From: Eledone cirrhosa
Lineage: Eukaryota
Assembly (NCBI GenBank): GCA_964016885.1
Contig: OZ024749.1
Span: 47,306,001 to 47,370,000 of the forward strand
Reading direction: 5' to 3'
DNA length: 64,000 bases
Position 1 is the stretch's first letter. The number at the start of each line of letters is the position of its first letter. A program made the position numbers and the translations under genes. The notes beneath the pieces are model-generated. The model had not been told where the DNA came from. It saw only the letters and a list, made by a program, of their open reading frames with translations, and made no database searches. Below are positions 46,352-64,000 of this stretch, piece after piece.

Positions 46352-46730
46352 AGTAGGTGGACTAGAAGTATCTGTAGAGGGGCAAACGCATCATAGAGTT
46401 ACATCCATTTACGGTCTGAGTTCAAATCCCGCCGAGGTTAAGTTGCCTTTCATCTTACGGGGTCGATAAAATAACGTACTAGTAATGTACTGTGTAATAG
46501 CTAGCCTTGTGCTAAAAGTAGAAACAATTATTATACACGTCAAGGGCGTTGTATTGGCAGTACCGGTTGAGGGTCGGACGCCATGCTTTGAAGCAAACAG
46601 TTACGGTCCTTTATGTTCTGTGTTCAAATCCCGCCGAGTTTAATTTCCCTTTCATTCTGGTGATATAAAGAGTAGCAGTAATTCACTGGTATAATTGCTC
46701 GCGTTGTGCCAAATATAGAAACAATTATTA
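46352..46730 (+). mobile_element. Head-to-tail pair of tRNA-derived SINEs (46352-46532, 46543-46730)
   Basis: Two B-boxes gttcaaatcccgccgag and two agaaacaattatt tails. Confidence 0.85.
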
Positions 46731-46997
46731 TAAATGGCATCATACACAAACGTTGTTTGCAGAATTGCAAATAGATATTCTGAATGAAAAAACTGTACTG
46801 ACAAATGTCTACATATGTATATTTCCATAATTCCTTTCCATTCTGTACTGAGTAATTTCTCATAAACAATACATACTTGTAAACTGCAAATGTACATATC
46901 ACAGGTATACACATAATACACTCATGCACCCACAGATGCAGACACACATACAGATGTAAACCATATATATATATATATATGTATATACATTATATAG

Positions 46998-47048
<51 letters not shown>

Positions 47049-47567
47049 ATATTTATATATGTATATGTATATGAGTATATATACATACACACATACATAC
47101 ACACATAAATAGATTGAAATGCGTACCAATTCGTTTCTCTTTCAAAGATCAATTATTCACAATACATCTAATTTATATGTGGCTATTTTAAACTGGATTG
47201 AAACGCTATTCTCAGACATTGAGGAGACATAACTATTGCTAATAAAAGACCAATAAACGGTGTCGAGACATGAGAACTGTAGACAAACATAAACTACAGA
47301 TTTAATATAATGGGCATATAGAAACTAGGATATATTTCAAATGCATATATACTACGATTTCTGAAGATGTTATCCATCTAAATATATATATATAGACACA
47401 TTAAGGGATACGCACGCTTATGTGTGTATGTGAATCTTCTCCGTCATTCATTGTATCTATAAGTCTTTAACATGAACTAAGGATTAAGAATACATATTCA
47501 TTTATATTTTTCAGGCATATATAAATACACAGACACATATATATATACACTCACACACACACACACG

Positions 47568-49265
<1,698 letters not shown>

Positions 49266-49765
49266 GTAAATACGCTCTGTGAACCTCTCTTGTACATTAA
49301 TCACACATCCAGAAATCTGGAAATAAAATCTCATTATTGATTTTCTTCTTCGATGAAATTCAAGGAGGAAATTATATACACATAATTTATGTGTCATAAA
49401 CACACAAATAGATTTTTATTGTCATATGGGAAATATTAATATGTGCAAATTAAGTTTATGTAATTACTATGTTTTTTTTTGCAAAGTCGGTTTGTAATGT
49501 GTGAGGTGAAACATCTATGCTTGTTATATCATTACCCCACGTTACTCTCCAGGATCTCGTGTAATGTATTGTGACGACGTATACAAGTTAGCGAGAGATT
49601 ACGTCTACATAATAGAAATTCAACGTCATATAGTTGCAAACTGTTTTATAGTAGAAATATGAATGGTATCACATGTTTTATGTTGTTGTTTTTTTCTGTT
49701 TGTTTTATGATCATCTTCGCATCATTAGTTTAATATATATTGGTATTCAAAACATGTTATATATG

Positions 49766-49870
49766 AAGGCGCATGGCTTAGTGGTTACAGCACTGGGCTT
49801 GCAATCGAAAGGTTGTGAGTTCCATTCTCGGATCGGGTGATGCCCCAGTTTACTCAGCAGTAGAAATCTG
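49766..49870 (+). mobile_element. Second tRNA-derived SINE family (head plus partial core)
   Basis: ggcgcaTGGCTTAGTGG A-box, gaGTTCCATTC B-box, ccagtttactcagcagtagaaat core-like segment. Confidence 0.72.
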
Positions 49871-50642
49871 ATGATACGACTGGGGTCCCTATCATTAAAA
49901 TTAACCAGGACACCTCCAACGAGATATACCTTGGAGGAGGCCAGCTAAACCTGCATAGGTGTGAGCTGCCCCCCCCCCCCCCACACACACACGAACACAG
50001 ACGTGTGTCTTTGTGTTCCCTGACTTAAATCTATTCAGTGCATGTTAACAATACCATTCTAATGAGGTATATAGTGACATGCCTTTTGCGACTGATCCTA
50101 TATCAGTTGCCATGGTTATCATGCACACCCTAGCTGTGAATTTACCACCTGTTTCTTAATGGTTATTAAAAGGGACAGGGGAAAGGAAATACTATATTTG
50201 TGTGCAGAACTTACATTAAATTAATTCGACTTCATCCATACACAAATATTTGAATTCGAGCAGGTACATAAAAGAAACATCAAATTATTCTTGGAGACGA
50301 TATTTCTGCTGAATCTCTAAAAAGCCACGTGTATCGCATTTGTATGCTGCCTTGAACTAGTTGGAACAAGCAGCAACTGCCACAACGTACATATGCTATA
50401 TCAAGGGCGCATATTATATAATTCTTCGAAATGTTTTAATTTATCAGACTCTTGAGTCATGTTTGACACTGTAGTTAAAAATTATATCCAATATATTACA
50501 TGCTATTCGTGAGAATTACTGTCAGTCTCTATTTCTATAGAGACGAACATTACGCCATTATATTTTGTATGCTATACTGTCATTGTTTTATAATAGGCAA
50601 TTTGCTGGTGGTAGAAGCAGCAGCAGTTTAAGTTACTACGAT

Positions 50643-50740
50643 ATACCAGTGATTTCCTGTGTTTCATGTAATCGGATTATCCCTCCGCCCGGTTACATTT
50701 GCTGGCCTTGTTCCTAAATACATAACAATTTCTATTATTA
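50643..50740 (+). mobile_element. Degenerate SINE 3' fragment
   Basis: ataccagt...ttgctggccttgttcctaaat...attatt resembles the main SINE 3' end. Confidence 0.5.
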
Positions 50741-51886
50741 GTGATTGTTGTATTGTTATTTCTGTATAGGTGTAGATGATGAAACCTCTTGTTTTGAAAT
50801 GTGTGAAAATGTCAATTTAAGATGATTAATAATTCAAAGTGCCATTGTAAATCCCCTATGATTATACGATGAATCACTTTTAGACACATATTAAATATAC
50901 TATAAATAAACATAATATTATATTTTTGAAAATCTGCCATATACACTAGCACTTCATATGTAATATTAGCAAGTGTATACCGCAGACTTTTGGCTGATTC
51001 TTTGAAGTGTTTCTGTAACTCATTTGTAAAATGTCTTCACACTAGCAAGCGCTTTTGCACTTGAGTAATTGAAAAGTGTTAAATGTTTCTTAGCTTTCCT
51101 TCTTAATTCTCTAGGCATTTCTATGTAGATTCCTGGTCTTCATTTATACATACATACATACAAATATAATGGTAGTTAATTATATACTAGCTCCTATTGA
51201 ATTTTACTACATGTATTTTAGATTCAGTATTCTTCCGTTTACAAATAGTAAATCTCGGAGTTAATGAACTGTTTACATTATAACTTGGATGTGGTTTCCT
51301 TGTCTTATTTCATAGTGTATACGTTATATATCTAAAAGAATTAGGCAATTGTGATGCTATATGACAACATACATTTGTTAACATCTTCATATCTAAGCTA
51401 TTGTATGATGTGCTTCAATTAACATTCAATTCTCCCTCATATAACATATTTTCTATTGAATAACGTTAGGACATATTTTTTAAGTATGTCGGTGTACATA
51501 AATGATACAAAATAGTTTCAATATGTATTACACCGGCATGATGTATCTGTAGCTGAAAACCACCAACATAATGTACGTGGTATATACATTATAGGACTAC
51601 TGATTTATTAATTCCTTTCGGCTCATCCGTATTGACATCAAACTCTTCTGCATATGACTGCTGTTCATTACTAATCTTTGCTTATGTGTTCGATTTCTGA
51701 TCGTATCATGTGAATACATATAAAGGAATGTGTATTAGGGTATATAAATTTGTGATTATTTCATGTATAATATAAAGCTGGTACAGCGGAAATGTACGAT
51801 ACAGTTATATGTATACCTCGAGTGGTTAATCTCAACTGCAGCAACCTGTACATAAATATAGACATTGTTTTAATATTTAGGTATGT

Positions 51887-52020
51887 TATGGCCTTTTACG
51901 TTCTGAGTTCAAAAACTGCCGATGTTAACTTTGCTTTTTAGCCTTACGGGTTCGATAAAATAAAGCAACAGTAATGCACTGGGCTAATTGCTGGCCTTGT
52001 GCGAAAATTAGAAAACAATA
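51887..52020 (+). mobile_element. 5'-truncated SINE, 15-bp TSD
   Basis: TSD aatatttaggtatgt at 51872-51886 and 52017-52031. Confidence 0.87.
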
Positions 52021-54292
52021 TTTAGGTATGTAACCTTGCTGCAGAATGCCAATTAACCTGTGGATTGAAAAACGAACGATTGACACATTTAATTTCTGTT
52101 CAGACCTAGTTGGTTCCTAATTAACGAGCGTCTATTTTATCTAAACAATGATTTTGATACATTATAACAGAAATGACCGTTTAAAATAACATGACAAATA
52201 TTTTTATATTTACAAAAGACTACTTCGTACCGTATGGAATACTCAGAGCATAAACAAAAACGTGTAGAAAATATTTTAAGAAAATATGATATATTATGTT
52301 TAAAAAGTCAGCTGAAAAATAAATAAGTCGTATGTGGTTTATTTTTATAACTTAATACATGAATATTTAACATTTTTTTCCGGAAATTTATTAATTTCTT
52401 TCTAAATGGCTGTAATAAATTTAACCTTCTGACCAACAACTATGTCTTATGTAAGATTACAAAAATATGTGTAAACAAAATCTAATGTCAATAACTACAT
52501 AGTTTAGCTAAGATATTGATTTTTATACGAATATGCTAAATGTGACTGTAATAGTTTTTAAAATATACGTGGAATTAACTTTTATCACCAAACTCAAGAT
52601 TGACAGGGCGGAATGCACATGTGTGTATTTTCAATTTATGCTTTTAGAAAATCAAAAATATTGAGCAAAAGCATTTAGTGGAGGCTGCCAAATTAAGACC
52701 ACTATTTCATGTTGAAGGAATGTATAGTTGTGTTCATTTATGTACACTCCTCCTTTATTTGACCGGGCACACAGTTCCGATATATATGTTATACCTACAC
52801 GATATCTACAAGATATCTTTGTCTACCTCTGTGCTCGGTGACCTCAATTGTTTTTATGCCTCACTCACAGACTCTAAACGGAATGCTTTAGGCTAAAACA
52901 TTTATCGACACATATCTGTGCAGTTTTAAGTTATCTTTCTATTGATTAGGACATATCATTTATTCAGAAGACAAAAATAAAATAAAATAAATGACTTGCA
53001 TTTTTATTCTAGAATATTCTCTGTTTAAGGGTAAGAGATATTAAACCGTCTGGAAAATACAATTCTGACCATGTAGTACACGGAGATATAAAAGCGGATT
53101 AAATGTCGAACTAAGTTAGAGTTAAGCAAACGGAAAGCTGACAACTATGATATCTGTTAAATGTTAGAATATAGAATAAAATGTACAGAAAATGAAAATC
53201 GAAAAAGAATTCTTCGTAGAATAATTGAAGGATGTCTGACAAAAACTGTTGCAAAAAATAGACTTCTTAAAATGGACTACTTGGAATACCTCATCAATCA
53301 GAAACATTAATGTTTCGACACCGCAATCACCTATAATATGCGGGCAATATTGGCAGAAAAACTGATGATTGGAAATTATATATTCAAATATAATATCAAT
53401 AATTCAGATAAATATAATTCTAGATAATAATTATATATGTATCGAAAGAATCATCTGGACACGGACAAATTTTGACGGGACAAGCCTTCGTAGAACAGAC
53501 TCGCGTATATATTCTATGCAATTAAAACCTCTAAAGAACGATTACTGCTATCACCCACCGTGGTGTGATTATCTAGAATATCACTGTTCAGTTCTGAGTC
53601 TCAAAGAGTACCACAATACGATATACATTAACTCCAATTATTTTATCCCATCATATCCACTTATTGTCACTCAGCGTCTTCATCCTACACGATCGATAAA
53701 CCAGCAACAATTTTCAACAATAATCAACTTGATATACTGACGCCATATTTCTAATATACATTATTTGAATGAGTAATGCATCGTTCCATCCGAGGACGAC
53801 TCCAGCAAATCTGCCACACTCCATATCCATGCAACTGTATTCGTTTACATGTTTCTGTCAGGATAAAATGTATTGTCTTGCAAATATTTGAGTATTGGAA
53901 AAGATTCTGACCAAAAATTGTATACATTATATATGGGATGAAATCCGTCTTCTGTTACGTCAGGAAATAAAAACAACTCCCTCTTGTGCCAAGAAAAGAC
54001 CACACACACATGCACGCACACACATACGCACACATACAAACACGCACACATATATTTGGCGTGCATGTGAATCTGGCCATATGTCTTTTTGCATGTGTTA
54101 TAAGTATTCGCACAAACGGCACGTATGCTTTCCTTGCCAAGGAATTATTGGTCTGGTATATTGGCTGTAAACGAACAGTAGCCCATGCATGCTAGTCTCA
54201 ACAACGGCTACTCATATAGTTTTAAAGACAGGCAGTCACATATCACGGTACGCCAGTCACATCGACATTCTTCTAACATGTATGTATAGGTA

Positions 54293-54371
<79 letters not shown>

Positions 54372-54538
54372 CATATGTGTATGTGTGCACAGGTGTATGT
54401 ATGTATGCGGGTATAGGTATGTGTATGTTTTTTTATGCGAATGTGTATGACAAGTATATGTATGTATGCATGTGCGTTGGTGTCTATATATGTGTTTGTA
54501 TATATGAATGTGTGTAGCAGAATTTGTTTATGTATAGG

Positions 54539-54581
<43 letters not shown>

Positions 54582-55110
54582 TATATAGGTGTGTGTGTGT
54601 ATGTATGTGTGTCTGTGTGTGTGGAGAGAAGGGTCTTTAGGCTTGAATACGTTTGCGTATTGCTTTGAAATTTCTGATCATTAGGGCATATCTGGTTTCA
54701 CACCGACCTAGTTGTTTTGCCACCATGAATTCATTTTGATTAACGATGACGCCAATAGTAGTAACATTTATAAAGACTTATGAGTTTATTTTGTTTGCAG
54801 ACTTAAATAAATTTCTGGGAAACTTGAAAGTGCATCTTACTAAATAAATTGCGTCAAATCTAATAAAACATCTAATATAGCACTAATATATTGGCGCTGA
54901 TTGCTCGTTGAGATGTCCACATTTATTGTCCATTTATAGGAGTACACGATTCATTGACTATTAATCCGCAGAAAGTTCGGATAAATGGCCTAACGTATCA
55001 CTTTGTTGGCAATTGTGTCTAACTCTCCAGTCATATTAGTAATTACGGAGAGCAATTTCTATGCCGTCTCATGGACAATATGAAATAATGTTCTCTAACA
55101 TTTATACCAT

Positions 55111-55483
<373 letters not shown>

Positions 55484-57031
55484 ATACACCATACATATAT
55501 ACATAGAGAGATCGTGTGTGTGTTTGTATGTATATGTATGTGTGTGTGCATATGTGTGCGTGGATTTGTATATATATTTATATACGTGTGACCTCAGCCG
55601 TAATCTAAGATTCCTGAATGTCTTCGCCTCTTAGCCTCTGGTGCCCATTATTTTGTATCTAAAACCTCCTTTTACCCATTCTCTAAGTTATTATTTATAG
55701 TAATAGATGGTAGTTAAACTTATAGTTTAGTTTCTGAATGTCTACATGTGTCTATGGATTTTATATCTACCGAACGCACCGATATTTTCTAAATATATAA
55801 AATAATTTTTTTGAATTCCACTTTTTCATCGACTTTACTCAAGTATTTGATCTTTGTATTTTATCTCTCTATATGGATGTTTCGAGAAAAATATTTATAC
55901 TCCTGTACGAATAAATGCGTAGCATTTTAGAGAATTTTTTTTCAGCAACACTTTAACGATGTCATTCAAGTGATCAAGGTATACCATCATTATATGTGGT
56001 TGTTTCTAATATAAATTGAATAAAGAGGTGTCTATTTCTGTGTAAACCAAACAGTATATCACATTACAGCAGCACCATATTTATGTAACGTATTGTGTAT
56101 TTAAGCCTCATTCACGCAATTAGCCTTTATGATCGTGAATGCCATTGGAGATTGTGTACTTGTTAATATTCTTTTTAAAGTTTCAAATATTTTATTTTCT
56201 CTTAATCTTACTATTTCACTAACAACAGACTTGAAGCATAGCAAATTTGACGCCATCATCTGTGTGATACGCGCAAACTTTAACTTTCGCAACCATGTCT
56301 CTTTTAAATGTTATTATTTTTATTTCTTTAATTTGAACAATGGATGATTAAACAGTTTAAAACATGAAATATATCGAATTGCTTGAATAATCATTTTAGA
56401 AATTATGAATTATTCCGTTTTATTCCCAATATATTTGATACATTTTTCAAACGGATAATAGATTAATACATAAGTTACGTCAATGGGTCCGCTAAATCTA
56501 TATCATACTGTGCTTTTATAAAACGTCTGCAATATGTTCATGTACATCTATTTGATGAAACGATATCGTTATTTGAAGGATGTCTGTAATTCATTTACTT
56601 TTAAATACACTGTCCTATGACTGATATGTATGTTTCATCCTGATATTAAGTCACAGATTATCACGCATCTACGCAAAATACTGCTTTATTCACCAAACCT
56701 AACGGTTACTCAGTGTCACCACAATATTTCGTACCACGGCATAGTCGAGGTTTTAAAGTAGATTTCAGTTTTAGCACAACAAATGAAAGTTAATTAAAAT
56801 AAGATTATCACATCGATGATTTTATTAATATCATAATTGACATGTTCTAATTAGATATATTGATGTGAAGACACATATATGTTTCGCGTATATGCAGAAA
56901 TATCCCGTATGATGGTTCTCAAAAAGATAGATTGTGCATAACTTCCTTCTTAAATACCCCAAAAAATAATTTGGTGTAATTTTGATTATCTTATGAAAGT
57001 TTACTTATAAACTTCTATTATAATACGTTGA

Positions 57032-57130
57032 GGTTAACTTTGTCTTTCATCCTTACGAGGTCGATAAAATAAAGTGCCATTAATGCACTGGGTAATTGCT
57101 GGCCTTGTACCAAACAGTAGAAACACTTAT
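57032..57130 (+). mobile_element. 5'-truncated SINE, 14-bp TSD
   Basis: TSD ttataatacgttga at 57018-57031 and 57127-57140. Confidence 0.88.
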
Positions 57131-57986
57131 AATACGTTGACCGAAAAGAATATTTTGTACAACCCATCATCTTTGTACAAGCGCGTCAGCCAGCTATAAA
57201 GGAAACTTACTCAAAATATATTCTGAAATGTGGTAGTTTATTAGGCTTTGGTTTTCCTGTTTTTTAGGATATAATTGGACGTTTACTCGTCGATTATAAG
57301 AAACGCTACCTAATCAGACTATTACTTGCGTTTTACTGTCCATCCATTCTGAAATGATATCATGTTCCCCAATATGAATAAGTAAATATGTTTCTATAAT
57401 ATTCTACACAAGTTAGATATCCATATTTTACAGAATTCTATAGATAGCTATCGAAAGAAAATGTAGATAGAAAAAGGGGTGGAATGAGTTTACTTCTGCT
57501 TATTCTACGCCCCTTCGACATTTTCCCAAATCATCATATTTTTCACGGCCCCAGCCCTCATCCCACCTTTTTTCCATTCCTTCACTTTTTCCTCACATCA
57601 GCTAACACAAACATATATAGTAATACCGAACAATCGATATTATTTGAATTGATAATTTCTCACGAATTAAACATTTTATCGCGAGTAGAAATAATATATA
57701 TATATAATGTACGTCACTTCGAGATTAACATATTTAGTAGATTCTATGATTCTGGTTATTTTCCAGTTCCAGCCGAAGAATCGTATGAATGTATGCATGT
57801 ATATATATTGACCGATAAAAGGCCTTGGGCGCTTCGCTGATCGCATTTAGATGTCATCTATTAAGAGGCGAAACATCTTGATCTCGGTTTTACAGCTGAT
57901 GAATGATTTCGTTTCTTCTCTTGTTTCGTCCATACTACCACCTTAACGTTTGTTTACAGTAACCACACAGCTTCTTTCATTTCTTA

Positions 57987-58056
<70 letters not shown>

Positions 58057-58059
<3 letters not shown>

Positions 58060-58385
58060 GATATAAAATAAATGGAAACTATATTTATAAAAACATATTT
58101 ATTTCATTATACATATTCCAGGGATACCAAATTAAAATATAGTATGCCTTCATCAGACAAAATACAATATATAAACAGTTTTATAAATAATGTTGACGTA
58201 CCCTATTAGATGCAACCATTATTTTTCGAAGCTATCTGAAATATGTATAATGAAATAAATATGGTTTTATAAATATAGTTTCCATTTATTTAATATCGTA
58301 TATCTACTCCAAAAACTTGTCGAGTGCTTTATATCAGTTATAAAATATTTACTTGTTATATCCCAACAATTTTAAATAGAACCTT

Positions 58386-58390
<5 letters not shown>
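58057..58390. mobile_element. Family C-related fold-back element with tail
   Basis: Arms 58057-58120 and 58236-58300; minus-strand CTGATGA at 58150-58156 (second box GGAA); tail 58301-58390. Confidence 0.8.
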
Positions 58391-58480
<90 letters not shown>

Positions 58481-59247
58481 ATATATATGAAATGTATGCT
58501 TGGGCGGGTATTCTCCTAGTATATATTTACATTTTACGGATATAGATAGTTTCTATATAAAGTAAATCGAAAAGCTGTAGCTGCTGTTTTCTGTGAGATA
58601 ATACAAAATAATAATAAAAAGAATATTAAGGATATCAATAAATAGTTGAAGAAGAATCTCGAAAAAAAATCATATAATTAGATGTTTGACAATAAAATGA
58701 AAGACAAAGGCCCAATATCAAAGAGATGAATTGTAAGAAAAAAGGAAGAAACCTATAGAGTGAGGAAGATATAATTGGGAAAATATATGACAACGGAAGA
58801 CAGGAAAACGATATAGGAAAGTAAGCGGAAAATATTTTTAAAATATATAACTCAACGGTATTGGCATAGGCATTTGGTTTTAATGGATTTTCGTCGGATT
58901 CCTCATTATGTTAATAAAAGGACAATTTGAGGAAATTAAATTAAAAGTGGAAAAACAATAACAAGCAACGTAAAGAAAACTGTAATCAGCATATATAGTG
59001 AGAACAATTTGCTAATATATTAGCAAAGTATGTATGTCAAATCTTTCTTAAGAGTAATGAATTTTCGCACATATATTTATATAACAATTTGTAAGATACT
59101 GTATTTAAGTTGGACACCTAAGACATATATGCGCATATATATATATATGTGAGTGTGTGTGAGCGTGCGCACAATCCTGTTTGTGCGCCTATACACATAA
59201 ACCAGCTACAATACTGTTGATCGGAAGGGTATGTACAGAAAACAAAA

Positions 59248-59983
<736 letters not shown>

Positions 59984-59988
<5 letters not shown>

Positions 59989-60496
59989 TATTTTCCAATA
60001 CGCTATATGCTTAATTAAAAGCATTTCGAAGATCTTACGCTATTGCTTTAGAGTAGTGACAGTCTCACTTACTTTACATTTTCAGCAAACAGGAGAGCTA
60101 AAGCTGACAGAGCTCTGTTTCGTAATTTTTGGTACTTATCAAATCTAAAGTTCTCCATTTGTTTGCTGCAAATCATGAATGTTTGATTCTTATATAATTC
60201 TAGTAATAATAATGAACTGATTATACAGAGCGGTTGACGGTCAAGCAAAATTGAAAATTAGAATTGGTGCTCTGAAATGTACTTATCTTTGAAAAGTACC
60301 AACAAGTAAGAAACAGAGTTATGTCAACTTTTTTCTCCCTGTTTGCTGAAGGTTTAATGTATGTGAGACTGTCACTACTCTAAAACAATAGCGTAAGGTC
60401 TTCGAAATGCTTTTTAATTAAGCATACAGTGTATTGAAAAATAGACTATATATACATTCATATATACGTCGCTATTTCAGTGCACCAATTCTAATT

Positions 60497-60498
<2 letters not shown>
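59984..60498. mobile_element. Family G fold-back element with degenerate HHRs and tail
   Basis: Arms 59984-60143 and 60288-60448. Minus strand TTGATAA-gtac..ttac-GAAA-CAGAGCTCTG-TC-ag. Tail 60449-60498. Confidence 0.83.
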
Positions 60499-60576
<78 letters not shown>

Positions 60577-60970
60577 AAGGTTTAGCAAATAATGAAAAAG
60601 TTTCAAATTAAATTTTAAAAAATTGACATTACCTACTATAGTTACCTTTACCGATCGGTTTCGAATCGCAAAATTAAACGGAGGCCATACGGCCTTCGTT
60701 GCAAAGAAAGATTCTCGTAAGAAGGTTCTTTTCATTCGAAGAATATAACATTTTTGAATTTAAATTACGAACTAGCGCTATCCAAAACTGTTCCCGAGAT
60801 GAGAGTGAATGAAGTGGAATCAATTTTTTCAAGGGCCGAAGTAAAGATAGAGGCAGAGGGAGGTAGGTCAACATGCCGCAACTATCACTAGCAGCAGTCG
60901 GAACGACCAAATTTGCTTCTCAACAATAGAGTAGAATTGTAATAATAGGATGTGTGTTCCTTCACGCATA

Positions 60971-62417
<1,447 letters not shown>

Positions 62418-62420
<3 letters not shown>

Positions 62421-62616
62421 GGAACCAGTAAGACCCCGACAGCTGAGCTCAAGCCGTTTCGACGGCTAATTCTGGACTGAGTCCAGAATTAGCCGTCGAA
62501 ACGGCTTGAGCTCAGCTGTCGGGGTCTTACTGGTTCCTATTACCCACTCTACTACCTCAAGTATTGAGTACTTTGGTGCGTTATGGTCCACCTGGTTCCT
62601 TACCACATTTCCTTCG

Positions 62617-62618
<2 letters not shown>
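62418..62618 (+). mobile_element. Family E hairpin element (perfect 61-bp arms, 1-nt loop, tail)
   Basis: Palindrome 62418-62540, tail to 62618. Confidence 0.92.
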
Positions 62619-62665
<47 letters not shown>

Positions 62666-62668
62666 TAC

Positions 62669-62704
<36 letters not shown>

Positions 62705-63291
62705 TGGTTTCTATGTGTATTAAAGCATATACTAAAACACATCTTGTGTAATCCATCAAGAGCAAGTACACCATGAGGTTCAATAGTTACAAATATTTGA
62801 TGTGACTACTAACGTTGTTGCTTAACTGTGTAGGATTATATTTAAATTGCCTCTATCAATTATGCTGTTGATGCTATAGTTGATGGACACTCTGCTGAGG
62901 ATTGCGTCGCAGTATATGTAAAACTACCAAATATAATCTTCGTTTGGCTCTCGGCTTGTTCTTATTTTCTCTTACGGTTTTGGAATTCTAATCTGAAATA
63001 CTTTTTATTCCATCTTACTGCTGTGCAGCTATAATTTGGTTTCGTCCTCAGAATATATTCTTGGCAATAATGTGATTATATGAATCTATGTGGTTACGTA
63101 CCTGCGCTTCAATGGTCATAATGCACGAGGTCAAATATTTATGTACAATAAATTGTTAGTGGACACATGGGAACAATTTGCTAGAAATTACAGGGAACGA
63201 AATCAACAATAATCTTCATACGAAGAGTGACAATGTGCAGGGCAGTCATGTTTACTTGTGTTTGCATAAATGATATACATGCCTGCTGATG

Positions 63292-63436
<145 letters not shown>

Positions 63437-64000
63437 ATTTTGACATCTATGAAATAAAACATCATTGAAATTGGTGATCACGTAGTCACTACCCACTTTC
63501 AGTTCGTTGACATTGTCAGAAATGTAATGACTACAATATAATATAAAGATAAGTAGGGACTGTGAAATATCAAGATGAATGACATCCTATTCATCCCATT
63601 CATGCATTTAGACGTTACATTCTATAAGTTAGTAATAACTATTGCGAATTTGTTTGACATACACAACTACATCACTGTCAGCGCCTTTAGATTAATTAGT
63701 AGACGGTATTGATAGCTCATCCAACAAGAAACGCAGTGACGATTTACATTACATTTGCATATTCCCAAACGTCTCAGGTAATGGAAACGTATGTCCAACA
63801 CTTGACACTTGATTTTTGTTGTTGTTGTTTTCGTTAGTTACGGTAAGTACGCTACACACTTTCGAAACTTATTTCATGTTTGAATAAAACTTCTGTTCCG
63901 CCAAATAGCCTTGCTTTAAATTCTAAACAATGAATAAGCCAAGCGAAGCAATATTGGTCAATATTCCTATAATCAAGCTCAAAACGATTTACGACAAATT

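Noticed and set aside
57830-57925. Hammerhead at ctgatcg...gcgaaacatc or cagctgatgaatg
   Set aside because: Stems I-III could not be closed consistently.

Overview
This is AT-rich eukaryotic repetitive DNA, probably intronic or intergenic. The SINE and RTE-LINE sequence signatures suggest an octopod cephalopod (inference from recalled family consensus, not a search). No intact host gene is supported; nearly all supplied ORFs are artefacts of (TA)n, (CA)n or (GA)n microsatellites. Recognisable content: a decayed, near full-length RTE-clade LINE (~12.0-15.9 kb; AP endonuclease, RT with an inserted PHD-type finger, (GAT)n tail), about 10 tRNA-derived SINE copies with clear target-site duplications, one hAT-type MITE, and the 3' end of a Penelope-like element (PLE; GIY-YIG endonuclease C-terminus plus a hammerhead-like motif). 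The most striking pattern is about eight groups (labelled A-H here; B and C are related) of short non-coding fold-back elements that sit inside microsatellite tracts. Most carry a minimal type I hammerhead ribozyme (HHR)-like motif pointing outward, often followed by AATAAA. Most also show a fixed asymmetry: one arm stops at the microsatellite and the other carries an extra 50-120 nt tail. My interpretation (inference) is a community of non-autonomous, microsatellite-targeted, ribozyme-bearing retroelements mobilised by PLE machinery. All alignments and folds were done by eye, so boundaries are approximate.
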